Notes under the pieces: model-generated | Told to the model about the DNA's origin: nothing | The model's database searches: none | What the model saw: only the letters and a program-made list of their open reading frames with translations | Assembly: GCA_963842085.1 (NCBI GenBank) | Contig: CAWJET010000001.1 | Location: 1,312,001 to 1,376,000, forward strand | Source: an uncultured delta proteobacterium | GTDB taxonomy: Bacteria; Desulfobacterota; Binatia; Binatales; Binataceae | DNA length: 64,000 bases | Direction: 5' to 3' | Part shown: positions 36,379 through 46,381 of the stretch, piece by piece | Position numbering within the stretch: position 1 is the stretch's first letter | Layout: each line of letters opens with the position of its first letter | Made by a program: the position numbers and the translations under genes

Positions 36379-37356
36379 CTACGAGCGCGACGGTGGATGC
36401 AGGGCAGCGTAGGCAGCGCCGACTACGCCGCCGCGCGGGCCGAGCGCCGCACGCACGATCTTCGCCTGCGATGCGATCGCGGTGAAGGCTCGCTCGCGCA
36501 CCTGGGCGGTCATGGTTTTGCGCATGTATGGCAGCGCGCCGCGAACGCCGCCGCCGATCACGACCAACTCGGGATTGAAGATATTGAGAAAGGACGCAAT
36601 CGCGATTCCCAGGTAATGGCCGGCAGTCGCGAACGCCTCGAGCGCGAGCGGGTCGCCGCGGCGAGCCTGCGCCGACAGTCCGCGCACCGAGAAATTGCCT
36701 TCGGAATCGACGATTTGCGCGGGTAGCGGCGTACCCGGCGGCAGTCCCAGGCGTTCCTCGACCAGGCCGCGCAGCCCCGAGGCCGAGGCGTACGACTCAA
36801 GGCATCCGTGCGAGCCGCAGTCGCATGGCGGACCGTCGGGAGCGACGGTGACGTGCCCCAATTCACCCGCCATCCCGCTCAGCCCATGGACCAGTTTGCC
36901 GCCGACGATCAGTCCGCCGCCGACCCCGGTGCCAAGCGTCAGCAGCACGACGTCGCGGCGCCCGCGCGCGGCGCCGCGCCAGTATTCGCCGAGCGCCCAC
37001 GCGTTGGCGTCGTTGTCAACGACGACCTTGCGCCCGACGAGCGCTTCGAGCTTGCTGCGCAACGGATATCCGCGCCATGCGGCGACATGCGGCGCCTGCA
37101 TCACGGTTCCCGAGTACACGTTCAGCGGTCCCGGCACCGCGACTCCGATCGCTCGCGGCGAACCGAATCCGCGGCGGCGCGCGGTGCCGAGCAGATGAGC
37201 GAGCTGAGCGGCGATATTTTCAGCGACGGCTGCGGCTTGCCGCGAGGCAAGCGACGGCCCGTGCTCCATCAGGATCACGTCGCCGCCGGTGGACACGGCT
37301 GCGCATCGGATATTGGTACCACCCATATCCAAGCCGACCGCCCATGCGCGCGTCAT
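36379..37356 (-). CDS. glk: ROK-family sugar kinase (glucokinase)
   Basis: DMGGT, NDAN, LGTGVGGG, GELGH and CDCGSHGCLE motifs. Confidence 0.88.
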   Translation of the reverse strand: MTRAWAVGLDMGGTNIRCAAVSTGGDVILMEHGPSLASRQAAAVAENIAAQLAHLLGTARRRGFGSPRAIGVAVPGPLNVYSGTVMQAPHVAAWRGYPLRSKLEALVGRKVVVDNDANAWALGEYWRGAARGRRDVVLLTLGTGVGGGLIVGGKLVHGLSGMAGELGHVTVAPDGPPCDCGSHGCLESYASASGLRGLVEERLGLPPGTPLPAQIVDSEGNFSVRGLSAQARRGDPLALEAFATAGHYLGIAIASFLNIFNPELVVIGGGVRGALPYMRKTMTAQVRERAFTAIASQAKIVRAALGPRGGVVGAAYAALHPPSRS

Positions 37357-38225
37357 TTTCCGGACTTGCCCGGGAACTTCATCAGCGCGAGATATTCGCG
37401 ATTTCCGGCCCTGCCTTCAATCGGCGATTCGAGCGTGCCGGCCACGTCGAGACCGATACTGCCGGCGAACTCGACGATCCCCGCGACCGCTTCGCGCCGG
37501 AGCTTTTCTTCCTTGACGATACCGCCCTTGCCGACCTTGCCCTTGCCGACTTCGAACTGCGGTTTGATCAGCGCGACTATCTCTGCGCCCGGCGCGACCA
37601 GAGCCAGCACCGCCGGAAGCACCAGCCGCAGCGAAATGAAACTGGTGTCGATCGTCACCAGCTCTGGCGCGTGGGGCAAGTCGGCGGGCGAGGCGAGCCG
37701 GATATTCATGCGATCGAGCACGGTGACGCGCGGATCCTCGCGCAACTTGAGCGCGAGCTGTCCGTAGCCGACGTCCATCGCGATGACGGCCCTGGCGCCG
37801 CGGCGCAGCAGCACGTCGGTGAAGCCGCCGGTCGATGCGCCGACGTCCATGGCGAGCTTGCCTTCGACCGAGAGACCGAAATGCTCGAGCGCGGCGATGA
37901 GCTTGTAGGCTCCGCGCGAGGCGAACTGCGGCGCACCGGCCATGAGCGCGATGGGGGTTTCGGAATCGACCTTGAGGTCGGCCTTGTAGGCCGGGCGCGA
38001 GTTGACGCGCACACGCCCCGCCATTATCAGGCGCTGGGCGATTTCGCGGCTGTCCGCGAGACCGCGGCGCGCCATTTCGGCGTCGAGCCTGAAGCGGGCC
38101 AACGGCGCGGACAGGCGCCGCGTCCTGGGCTTGGGTTTCGCGCCGGAACCGTTGTTAGAAGGGTGTTTCGTCGTCGTCCTCCGCGCCGGCGGGGTTTTCG
38201 TTTTCGTGGTCAGGCGATGCTTCAA
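37353..38225 (-). CDS. tlyA: TlyA rRNA 2'-O-methyltransferase (true start may be downstream, e.g. TTG 38102)
   Basis: S4-like RLD...RGL, ASRGAYKL, DVGASTGGFTD, DVGYGQL, SFISL, LIKPQFE and GNREY motifs. Confidence 0.92.
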   Translation of the reverse strand: MKHRLTTKTKTPPARRTTTKHPSNNGSGAKPKPRTRRLSAPLARFRLDAEMARRGLADSREIAQRLIMAGRVRVNSRPAYKADLKVDSETPIALMAGAPQFASRGAYKLIAALEHFGLSVEGKLAMDVGASTGGFTDVLLRRGARAVIAMDVGYGQLALKLREDPRVTVLDRMNIRLASPADLPHAPELVTIDTSFISLRLVLPAVLALVAPGAEIVALIKPQFEVGKGKVGKGGIVKEEKLRREAVAGIVEFAGSIGLDVAGTLESPIEGRAGNREYLALMKFPGKSGK

Positions 38226-38442
38226 AGGGCGCCGTGCGCAGTTCGCCGCCGGCGCTCCGCGTTAGCAGTTCGACCTTGCGCTCGACTTCGTCGAGTTTCC
38301 CATTGAGCGTCTTCACCAGCATCACGCCGCGTTCGAAGGCTCCGATCGATTCTTCGAGCGTGAGCTCGCCCGAATCGATCTGACTGACGATCGTTTCAAG
38401 GTCCTTGAGCTCGTCCTCGAATTTTTTCGTCTTCGTGACCAT
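38155..38442 (-). CDS. xseB: Exodeoxyribonuclease VII small subunit
   Basis: FEDELKDLETIV...LTLEESI-AFERG motif; follows xseA. Confidence 0.92.
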   Translation of the reverse strand: MVTKTKKFEDELKDLETIVSQIDSGELTLEESIGAFERGVMLVKTLNGKLDEVERKVELLTRSAGGELRTAPFEASPDHENENPAGAEDDDETPF

Positions 38443-38445
38443 CGT

Positions 38446-39801
38446 CTAGATTGTGCGGCCGGTCGTGCGCGCGCTGAGCCGCCCGCGGGCCAGCCTGATA
38501 TCGAGCTCGTCGTCGAGCTTCACTGTCGCCGCGTCGAGCACCGCGCGCGAGTTGCTCTTGTTGATCACGACGGCGTAACCGCGGTCGAGAACTTTCAGCG
38601 GCGACAGCGCGTCCAGCCGTCCCGCCAGCGCGCCAAGCTGACGCCGCCTGCCTTCCAACGCGGACCTCGCGCCATGAGCAAGGTTGTTGCCAAGCCGGGC
38701 GGTGCGCAGGCGAGTCTCGCGCACCATCGCGTCGGGACCGCGCAGACGCAGCCGCAATTCGCGGACACTGCGCCGCCGCTCCGCGATTCGCAACGAAACC
38801 GACTGCACGAGGTCAGCCTCGAGGTCGGCAACGCGTTCGCGCGCTTCGGCGACGATGCCGCCGGGATGACGTATGCGCTCCGCCAGGCCGTCCACCGCTT
38901 CGCGCCGCCCCGACAGTTCGCGCTCCATCACGCTCGCGAGCGACGCGCCCAGCGATGCGATACGTTCCTTCAACTCGTCGAGACTGGGCACGACCATCTG
39001 CGCGGCCGCGGTGGGAGTGGGCGCGCGCAGATCGGCGACAAAATCCGCGATGGTGTAATCAACTTCGTGACCGACGGCGGAAATCACCGGGATCGCCGAG
39101 CGGAAGATCGCGCGCGCGACGATCTCTTCGTTGAACGCCCACAAATCTTCGAGCGAGCCGCCGCCGCGCCCAACGATCAGCACCTCGGCACGCCCGTCGC
39201 GATTGAGATCTGCGATCGCGTCCGCGATCTCCTGCGCCGAGCCGTCGCCTTGCACCCGGGCGGGCCGGAAAATCACGTGCAGACTCGGAAATCGATCGAA
39301 CAGAATGCGCAGCATGTCGCGGAGTCCCGCGCCGCCGCGCGCCGTTACGATTCCAATTCGGTGCGGCAGGTACGGCATCGCGCGTTTGCGCGCCCGAGCA
39401 AACAGTCCTTCGGCCTCGAGCCGCCGCTTCAACTGCTCGAATGCGACCTGCAACGCGCCGACGCCGCGCGGCTCCATTTCCTCGGCGTAGAGCTGCAGCG
39501 CGCCGCGCTGTTCGAAGACTTGGACGCGTCCGCGAACGATCACTTCCATGCCGTCCACGGGCTTGAAGCGCATCCGGTTGAACGCCGTCTTGAACATGAC
39601 GACGTTGATCGCGCTGCGGGAGTCCTTGAGCGTGAAATAAAAATGATTCGACGGCGCCAGCCGCGCGTTCGAGATCTCGCCGACCACCCAGCACTCGCCG
39701 AGGCTGGCGTCGAGCGCGTCGCGCACCATCCGCACCAGGTCCGATACGGTGATCAGGCCGGCGCGGCGGCCGCGCAGCGAAAGATCGAGCTGCCCCTCCA
39801 T
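38446..39801 (-). CDS. xseA: Exodeoxyribonuclease VII large subunit
   Basis: GEISN, HFYFTLKD, GRGGGSLEDLWAFN, SAVGHEVD, APTPTAAA and LDRGYA motifs. Confidence 0.95.
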   Translation of the reverse strand: MEGQLDLSLRGRRAGLITVSDLVRMVRDALDASLGECWVVGEISNARLAPSNHFYFTLKDSRSAINVVMFKTAFNRMRFKPVDGMEVIVRGRVQVFEQRGALQLYAEEMEPRGVGALQVAFEQLKRRLEAEGLFARARKRAMPYLPHRIGIVTARGGAGLRDMLRILFDRFPSLHVIFRPARVQGDGSAQEIADAIADLNRDGRAEVLIVGRGGGSLEDLWAFNEEIVARAIFRSAIPVISAVGHEVDYTIADFVADLRAPTPTAAAQMVVPSLDELKERIASLGASLASVMERELSGRREAVDGLAERIRHPGGIVAEARERVADLEADLVQSVSLRIAERRRSVRELRLRLRGPDAMVRETRLRTARLGNNLAHGARSALEGRRRQLGALAGRLDALSPLKVLDRGYAVVINKSNSRAVLDAATVKLDDELDIRLARGRLSARTTGRTI

Positions 39802-39848
39802 GGACGATTAGCTTATCAGAAGGAGTTGCCGGACACCTATACGGCGCA

Positions 39849-40469
39849 TTAGATGAGCTTTTCGACGATTGTGCGCGCCAGCGGTTCGCGATGGCGCATC
39901 CGGCCGAGGTAGGGGACGTTCAGCAGTCGCTGCAGCGACCGCTCGGTCACTTCTGTCGCTGACGCGATGGCATCGCAATCGCAAAGTATGTAACCAGCGA
40001 CTTCGAGTCCGCGGCTCTCGCAGCGTTGAATCGCGACCATTGCCGCATCCGCACAGTCGGGGCGATTTCCCACGATCACGATGACGTCGAGGGCGAGCAT
40101 CGCGGCGAGGTCGGCAAAATCGGAGCCTGCTGCGATAGGCGTATCGATCGTGCCCTCGCTTTCGACCAGAACGACGTCGTTTTGCGCAGCTATCTTGCCG
40201 AAGCAATGCACAATATGAGCAAGGTCGGCATCCACAGATGCGACTGCCGAGCTAAAGCGATACGGACAAATCAACTCCATCGGCAGGATCGAACCAACTG
40301 CGAGCGCCAACGCTTGCGCATCCTGCGATTCAACCGTGTCGACCGGTTTCATGACGCCGACGCGCATCCCGCGCGCCCGCATCGCAAATCCAAGCGCGCA
40401 TCCTACCGTGGTCTTGCCAACTCGCGCGCCGGTACCGGTGATGAGGAATCGTCGTCGTTGTCGCATCAC
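39849..40469 (-). CDS. bioD: Dethiobiotin synthase-like protein (divergent)
   Basis: ITGT-VGKTTV and VGVMKPV are present, but ESEG replaces EGAGG. Confidence 0.7.
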   Translation of the reverse strand: MMRQRRRFLITGTGARVGKTTVGCALGFAMRARGMRVGVMKPVDTVESQDAQALALAVGSILPMELICPYRFSSAVASVDADLAHIVHCFGKIAAQNDVVLVESEGTIDTPIAAGSDFADLAAMLALDVIVIVGNRPDCADAAMVAIQRCESRGLEVAGYILCDCDAIASATEVTERSLQRLLNVPYLGRMRHREPLARTIVEKLI

Positions 40470-40534
40470 GCGATCAGGCGATCATGGCCAGGACTGAATT
40501 TGCGAGCACCCGACGGCAGCGCGGCGCCCGCGTG

Positions 40535-40573
40535 AAAAAAAAACGCGCCGGAACATCCTGAGGTCCGGCGCGT
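40535..40573 (-). terminator. Rho-independent terminator downstream of ctpA
   Basis: Minus strand reads acgcgccgga-loop-tccggcgcgt followed by a T run. Confidence 0.8.
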
Positions 40574-40598
40574 CGCGATCTACATGTGCTGCCGTCTG

Positions 40599-42023
40599 CT
40601 AGTCGCCCTTGGCGGATACGGGAGCCTGCGACTCGCCCTTGGCCAACTGGACCTTGAACGTGTTCCAATGCTTGAGGATGTCGATCGCGCGATCGAGTTG
40701 CACGTCCTTTTCCTCTTTGACCTTGGCGCCCTTCGCGCCGGCTCCCTTGTTGCTCTTCTCGGTCCCGGGTGCGGGAACCGCACTCTCGCCCGGCGCAGGA
40801 TTCTTCTCATCCTTCTTCTGCCCGTTCTGGAAATGATGGGGCAGGTCAGATTCGTGGATTTCGGGGTTCTCGTCAAACTGGGCGCCTTCCTGGGTCAGCG
40901 CCGCGAGCGTTTCCTTGGGCGGTTCGACGTCGACGTCGGGCGTGATGCCGACGGCCTGGATCGAGCGGCCGGTGGGAGTGTAGTAGCGCGCGGTGGTCAG
41001 GCGCAGCGCGGAATGATCGTCGAGCGGCAGGATAGTCTGCACCGAGCCTTTGCCGAAGGTCTGGGTGCCGAGAATCACGGCGCGCTTCTGATCCTGCAGC
41101 GCGCCGGCGACGATTTCACTCGCGCTGGCGCTGCCACCGTTGACCAGCACCACCATCGGATAGTCAACGAAGTCCTTTTTCTTGTGCGAGAAGTATTTCT
41201 GCTGCTGATTCTCCTCGCGTCCCTGGGTGTAGACGATCAGCCCGCCATCGAGGAAATCGTCCGAAACCTTGACGGCCTGGTTCAGCAATCCGCCCGGATT
41301 GTCGCGCAGGTCGAACACCAGTCCCTTGATCTTGCCGTGGTCCTTGGCCTCGATCTCGTCGATCGCCTTCTCGACACCGTCGCCGGTGTTCTCCTGGAAG
41401 GTGGTGACGCGGATGTAGCCGTAGCCGCCGTCGAGCATCTTCGACTTGACCGACTGAATCCTGATGACGTCGCGCGCGAGCGTGACGTTGAACAGCTCAG
41501 GCACACCGTTGCGATGAATCGTCAGCTTGATCTTGCTGCCCTTGGGCCCGCGCATCCGCTTGACGGCGTCGGTGAGCGACATGTCCTTGGTGAAGTCGTC
41601 GTCAATCTTGATGATCTGGTCGCCGGCCTTGATTCCGGCGCGATAGGCCGGGGTGTCCTCGATCGGCGCAACCACGGTGAGCGCACCGTTCTTGATGGTT
41701 ATTTCGATTCCGAGACCGCCGAAACTGCCACGCGTCTCGACCTCGAGGTCGCGATACAGGTCTGGCGTCAGGTAGGCGCTATGCGGGTCGAGCGACGCCA
41801 GCATTCCGCTGATCGCGCCGTCGATCAGCTTTTTAGTCGATACCGGCTCGACGTAGTTTTTCTGCACGATCGCGAGCACGTCCGCGAACGTGTCAAGCTC
41901 CTGGTAGGTGTCGTTCGAGAGCGCCTGCGCGCGCCGCACGGCAACTTCCTGGAGGACGAGGAAACAGGCGACCAGGCTGACCGCCAAGGTGATGGACCAT
42001 CGATGTCGTTTAATCATGGACAT
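40599..42023 (-). CDS. ctpA: C-terminal processing protease, S41A family
   Basis: LDPHS, PDZ GGLGI, DLRDNPGG, SASASEI and TFGKGSVQ motifs. Confidence 0.93.
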   Translation of the reverse strand: MSMIKRHRWSITLAVSLVACFLVLQEVAVRRAQALSNDTYQELDTFADVLAIVQKNYVEPVSTKKLIDGAISGMLASLDPHSAYLTPDLYRDLEVETRGSFGGLGIEITIKNGALTVVAPIEDTPAYRAGIKAGDQIIKIDDDFTKDMSLTDAVKRMRGPKGSKIKLTIHRNGVPELFNVTLARDVIRIQSVKSKMLDGGYGYIRVTTFQENTGDGVEKAIDEIEAKDHGKIKGLVFDLRDNPGGLLNQAVKVSDDFLDGGLIVYTQGREENQQQKYFSHKKKDFVDYPMVVLVNGGSASASEIVAGALQDQKRAVILGTQTFGKGSVQTILPLDDHSALRLTTARYYTPTGRSIQAVGITPDVDVEPPKETLAALTQEGAQFDENPEIHESDLPHHFQNGQKKDEKNPAPGESAVPAPGTEKSNKGAGAKGAKVKEEKDVQLDRAIDILKHWNTFKVQLAKGESQAPVSAKGD

Positions 42024-42132
42024 TAATTACTGCCGCTCGGAACCCGTGATTGTGAGTTGTTTATTTAAGCAGATGCCGCGTCCTGATGCATAGGGTTGCG
42101 ACACCGCCTGGTTGCCGTGACGATACCCCTTT

Positions 42133-42717
42133 CTATCCCTGTTTTGAGTCGAGCAATTGCTGCAAGGCATCCTTGACGTCGGGCCGCGACCAGTCAAACG
42201 CGCCCATGTGGTGCGCGACGATCTGGCCCTTGCGGTCGATGATGAAGGTTTCGGGCACGCCGCTCACGTCGTAACTCTCGCCGATCTTGTTCTCGGGGTC
42301 GAGCAATATGGTGAAGCGGTACCCGTTCTTGGCGACGTAGGGCGCCACCGCCGCGCGGCCCCTGGTATCCTGGCTGACCGCGAGCATAACGAAGTCCTTG
42401 TTGCCCTTGAAGTCGTCGTACAGCGTCTGCATCGAGGGCATTTCCTCGCGGCACGGCTCGCACCAGGTCGCCCACACGTTGAGAAATACGACTTTGCCGC
42501 GCAGCGAATCGAGCGAAACAGTGGTCCCGTCCAGCGTCTCGAGCTTGAAATCGGCCGCCTGGCCGCCGGCCGCCACCGGAGCCTCGGACTCGCCGGTAAT
42601 TCCAGGCGCGTTCGATGCAATGCGGGCGCCGCGATGCCCGCTCAGCACGATCAGCGCGAGGCCGGTCATCACGACAATTCCCGCGGCCAGGTAGAGGATT
42701 CTATCCCTGATCTCCAT
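42133..42717 (-). CDS. TlpA/ResA-family thiol-disulfide oxidoreductase
   Basis: N-terminal TM, WATWCEPCREE and GVPETF motifs. Confidence 0.92.
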   Translation of the reverse strand: MEIRDRILYLAAGIVVMTGLALIVLSGHRGARIASNAPGITGESEAPVAAGGQAADFKLETLDGTTVSLDSLRGKVVFLNVWATWCEPCREEMPSMQTLYDDFKGNKDFVMLAVSQDTRGRAAVAPYVAKNGYRFTILLDPENKIGESYDVSGVPETFIIDRKGQIVAHHMGAFDWSRPDVKDALQQLLDSKQG

Positions 42718-42722
42718 CGCTC

Positions 42723-43592
42723 TCAGGCGCGAGCCGCGCCGACCGCCGGACGTCTTTCTTTTTCGCCGCGGCGCAGATCCTTTTCTGCCTCGCCTTTCTC
42801 CCTGGTGAGAATCAATGCGACTCCCCCGACGATCATCATCGCAAGCGCAATCAGTTGCGCCTCACTGAGCATATAGAACACGCGCGGATTGATTCGCACG
42901 AACTCGACGAGGAAGCGGGCGCCTCCCGCGAGCAGCAGGTACCAGTACATCACACGGCCGGCCGGATGAGACGTCTTGCGCATCGACCACAGTATCGCAA
43001 ACACGCCGAGATACAGAATGGTTTCGTAAATCGGCGCGGGATGCACGCGGACGCCGGGAAAGTAGCCGGAAACGAGCTGGTAATGCTCGTCCAGTTTCAG
43101 CACCGTGTCGGGGCCCCAGCCAACGATCGCCCTGGGATACGCCATCGCCCACGGCAAGGTGGACGGCAGCCCCCAGTCGCCATCGCCGGAAAGCAGGCAT
43201 CCGATTCTGCCGATTGCCTGTCCGACCGCAAGCGCGGGCCCGCACATGTCCATCGTCGCCGCGAACCCGATTCGATACCATCGCGAAACCAGGTAAGCGC
43301 CGAGGAGTCCGCCGATCATTCCGCCATAAAAAACGAAGCCCGAGCCCGAAAAGATCATCGACTTCGGATCGGCTAGGTAGGTGGGCAGGTCGTCCAGGAT
43401 TGCGTAGAGGCGCGAACCGACCAGCCCCATCAGGGCGGCCGCGATCACGATCGACGACGAATATTCGGGATCGTAGCCGCGCCGGATGCATTCGAGGCGG
43501 ATAACGTAGTCGGCCGCCAGGAATCCCAGCGCCATCATCAGCCCGTAGCTGTAAACGGTCAACGGGCCCAGGTGGAACAAGACAGGAATCAT
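42723..43592 (-). CDS. lgt: Prolipoprotein diacylglyceryl transferase
   Basis: YSYGLM, GSRL, FYGG, GRIGC, HPAPIYE and RFLVEFVR motifs. Confidence 0.92.
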   Translation of the reverse strand: MIPVLFHLGPLTVYSYGLMMALGFLAADYVIRLECIRRGYDPEYSSSIVIAAALMGLVGSRLYAILDDLPTYLADPKSMIFSGSGFVFYGGMIGGLLGAYLVSRWYRIGFAATMDMCGPALAVGQAIGRIGCLLSGDGDWGLPSTLPWAMAYPRAIVGWGPDTVLKLDEHYQLVSGYFPGVRVHPAPIYETILYLGVFAILWSMRKTSHPAGRVMYWYLLLAGGARFLVEFVRINPRVFYMLSEAQLIALAMMIVGGVALILTREKGEAEKDLRRGEKERRPAVGAARA

Positions 43593-43686
43593 TATCGCTT
43601 TGAATTATAGTACGCCAGCGCCCGCGCTGACCACAAAGAATTTCACCTTGCGGCGGCCGCCATCCGCCCTATTATATGACGCAACT

Positions 43687-44133
43687 ATGCGCGCAGTTGT
43701 TCAACGCGTGAGCCGCGCGGAGGTGCGCGTCAACGGGCGCGTCGTGGGCAGGATTGCGCGAGGGCTCGTCGTGCTGCTGGGCGTTGCCGGCGGCGACAGC
43801 GAAGCCGACACGGCGCAGCTGGTGGATAGAATCCTCGGGATGCGCATATTCGCCGACACCGCCGGCAAGATGAATCTTGCGTTGGGGCAGGTCGGCGGCG
43901 CGCTGCTGGTCGTGTCGCAATTCACGCTGCTCGCCGACACCAACTCCGGTCGGCGGCCGTCGTTCACCAAAGCCGCCGCGCCCGGCGAAGCGCGCCGCCT
44001 GTACGAGCACTTTCTCTCGCTCGCGCGGACTCGCGATGTTAAAGTCGAAAGCGGTGAGTTCGGCGCCATGATGGAAGTGGAAATCGTCAACGACGGCCCT
44101 GTGACGATCATCCTCGACACCCGTGAGACGTGA
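43687..44133 (+). CDS. dtd: D-aminoacyl-tRNA deacylase
   Basis: MRAVVQRV, SQFTL and NDGPVT motifs. Confidence 0.95.
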   Translation: MRAVVQRVSRAEVRVNGRVVGRIARGLVVLLGVAGGDSEADTAQLVDRILGMRIFADTAGKMNLALGQVGGALLVVSQFTLLADTNSGRRPSFTKAAAPGEARRLYEHFLSLARTRDVKVESGEFGAMMEVEIVNDGPVTIILDTRET

Positions 44134-44146
44134 AAAGTAAAAGTTA

Positions 44147-44623
44147 ATGCCGCGGGCGGGTTTCTATACCGTCGAATCGGGAAAGATCTCGTTTCGGCGC
44201 GACGGCAACTGGTACAGCGACGACGAGCGCATCGACAACCCGCGCATCTCGCTCCTGTTCAGCCAGAGCATCAAGCGCAATCCCGACGGCAGTTACTATC
44301 TGCAAGTCGCTGAAGAGCGCGCGCCGATCACGGTCGAAGACACGCCCTACGTCGTCAAGGCGCTCGAGGACGACGAGCTGGGGGGATTCGTGATGGTCCT
44401 GAACGACGACACGCGCGAGCCGCTCGATCCAGCCGCGCTCGAAGTCGGCGCGAGCAACGTGCTGTATGCTCGCGTCAAGGGCGGCGACGCGCACGCGCGC
44501 TTCCTGCGCCACGCCTACTACCATCTCAGCGACCTCTTCGAATCCGACGACGCCGGACATTTCTACGTCAATCTGAGGGGCCATCGGTATCCGCTCGCCA
44601 GCTCACCGGCAGCACACAGCTGA
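44147..44623 (+). CDS. DUF1285-like protein
   Basis: DGNWY...I...LF, E---ITVEDTPY and YARV...ARF motifs. Confidence 0.72.
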   Translation: MPRAGFYTVESGKISFRRDGNWYSDDERIDNPRISLLFSQSIKRNPDGSYYLQVAEERAPITVEDTPYVVKALEDDELGGFVMVLNDDTREPLDPAALEVGASNVLYARVKGGDAHARFLRHAYYHLSDLFESDDAGHFYVNLRGHRYPLASSPAAHS

Positions 44624-45114
44624 TGCAGCAAGCCGAGCCGAATCTGCACATCGTCCTGGTCCGCCCCGAGATTCCGCAGAACACGGGATCGATCGCGCGG
44701 CTGGCCGCCGCAACCAGGGTCCGGCTGCACCTGGTGGGTCCGCTCGGCTTCTCGCTCGAGGATCGCTATCTCAAGCGCGCCGGGCTGGACTACTGGCCGC
44801 TGGTGGATTTGCGCACTTACGCAGGATGGGAGCAGTTCAGCGCGATGCATCGCGATCCGCCGGCAGCGAGAACAAAATTTTTCTCGACGCATGCCCACGC
44901 AACCTATCTCGACGCGCACTATGCGCGCGGCGATTTTCTTTTCTTCGGCAGCGAGACGTCGGGCCTGGGCCGCGAGTTCATCGCTGAAAGAAGCGACCGC
45001 TCCTATCGGATTCCAATCTTCGAGTCAGGCGTCCGCAGCCTGAATCTCTCCAACGCGGTTTCGATCGTGGTGTATGAAGCGCTGCGCCAGACCGGCGCGC
45101 TCAGTTCTTCCTGA
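44623..45114 (+). CDS. trmL: tRNA (cytidine/uridine-34 2'-O)-methyltransferase
   Basis: PEIPQNTG, RAGLDYW, FGSETSGL and RSLNLSN motifs. Confidence 0.95.
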   Translation: MQQAEPNLHIVLVRPEIPQNTGSIARLAAATRVRLHLVGPLGFSLEDRYLKRAGLDYWPLVDLRTYAGWEQFSAMHRDPPAARTKFFSTHAHATYLDAHYARGDFLFFGSETSGLGREFIAERSDRSYRIPIFESGVRSLNLSNAVSIVVYEALRQTGALSSS

Positions 45115-45376
45115 CGGCGCAACTGCCGCAGCCGGTGGTGCAAGCGCCCTTCTCGTTCTCCGCAGGCGGCGGGCCAAAATAATAGCCCGCCTGCTCGAGT
45201 TCGCCGGGCGAGACCCACTTGAGACTCTCGCCGACCGCGGTGTCGCAATGCACGCATACCCGGCGCTCGGCGCCATCGTCGTCGAGCGCGACGTAGGTCA
45301 GCACTTGCTTGCCGCAAAGCGCGCAATCCGCCATCGGAAATGTCGCGGCGCGCGGCGCGGAAGTAACAGTAGCCAT
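45101..45376 (-). CDS. Small Cys-rich protein (zinc-ribbon-like)
   Basis: CALC...CVHC plus a C-terminal CTTGCGSC. Confidence 0.65.
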   Translation of the reverse strand: MATVTSAPRAATFPMADCALCGKQVLTYVALDDDGAERRVCVHCDTAVGESLKWVSPGELEQAGYYFGPPPAENEKGACTTGCGSCAVRKN

Positions 45377-45469
45377 CGCAGACTAACTTACATCATCGCG
45401 CGCATTACTGTCATCCCGAGCGAACCCACGGCGGGTTTCACATTCAATCAAGCGATTTGCCATTCCCCG

Positions 45470-46381
45470 TTACTGGCGCCGATATGGCTCACCCAGCGCG
45501 CTCGGCGCCGCCGCTTGTCCGCCGAGGCCCGCCAGTACCACAATTGTCAGCGCGTACGGCAGCGCGAGAAAAAGCTGGTACGGCACGACGGTGCCGAGTG
45601 CTTGCAGTCCGAATTGCAAGGCCATCGCGGCGCCGAACAGCAATGACGCGGCCGCCAGGCCCCACGAATTCCACCGACCGACGATCACCACCGACAGCGC
45701 GACGAAGCCGCGGCCGGCCGAAATGTTCTCGACGAAAGTGTTGGCGTAGGCGAGTGTCAAAAACGCGCCGGCCAGGCCCGTCAGCGCGCCCGATACAAGC
45801 AGCGCCTGCCATCGGGTCGCGACTACGCCGAGTCCGAGGGCGTCCGCCGCTTCGGGACGTTCGCCGCAAGCGCGAAGCCTAAGCCCGTAGCGCGTGTGCG
45901 CGATCACGTACCAGAGCGCGGGCACGAGCAGGAACGTGAGGTACACCAGCGCGTTGTGATCGAAGAGCACCGGGCCGAGCAGCGGGATTCGCGCCAGCGG
46001 CCCGAGTGGGATCTTCGCAATCGGCGCCACCATGAACGCCTTGCCGGTGATGCCGAACAGCTTGCGATAGAACACTCCGGTGAGTCCGAGCGCCAGGATG
46101 CTGACCGCGGTTCCGGTCACGACCTGGTTGACGGCGAGATTCACCACCAGCACCGCAAAGATCGCATTGATCGCGACGCCCGCCGCGATTGCGCCCGCCA
46201 GGCCGAGCGCGGTGCTGCCGCTGAAGTACGCGATCGTGAGCGCCGCAAATGCGCCCGCCAGCATCGCGCCTTCGATCCCGATATTGACTACGCCGCTTTC
46301 CTCGACCAGCAGCTCGCCCAGCGCGGCCAGCAGGATGGGCGTCGCCATGGCGATCACGGAGACGAGAAACGCTTCAAGCAT
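45470..46381 (-). CDS. ABC transporter permease (nucleoside/CUT2 type)
   Basis: ESGVVNIGIEG, GLRLRACGE, AGRGFVAL and LPY motifs. Confidence 0.9.
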   Translation of the reverse strand: MLEAFLVSVIAMATPILLAALGELLVEESGVVNIGIEGAMLAGAFAALTIAYFSGSTALGLAGAIAAGVAINAIFAVLVVNLAVNQVVTGTAVSILALGLTGVFYRKLFGITGKAFMVAPIAKIPLGPLARIPLLGPVLFDHNALVYLTFLLVPALWYVIAHTRYGLRLRACGERPEAADALGLGVVATRWQALLVSGALTGLAGAFLTLAYANTFVENISAGRGFVALSVVIVGRWNSWGLAAASLLFGAAMALQFGLQALGTVVPYQLFLALPYALTIVVLAGLGGQAAAPSALGEPYRRQ

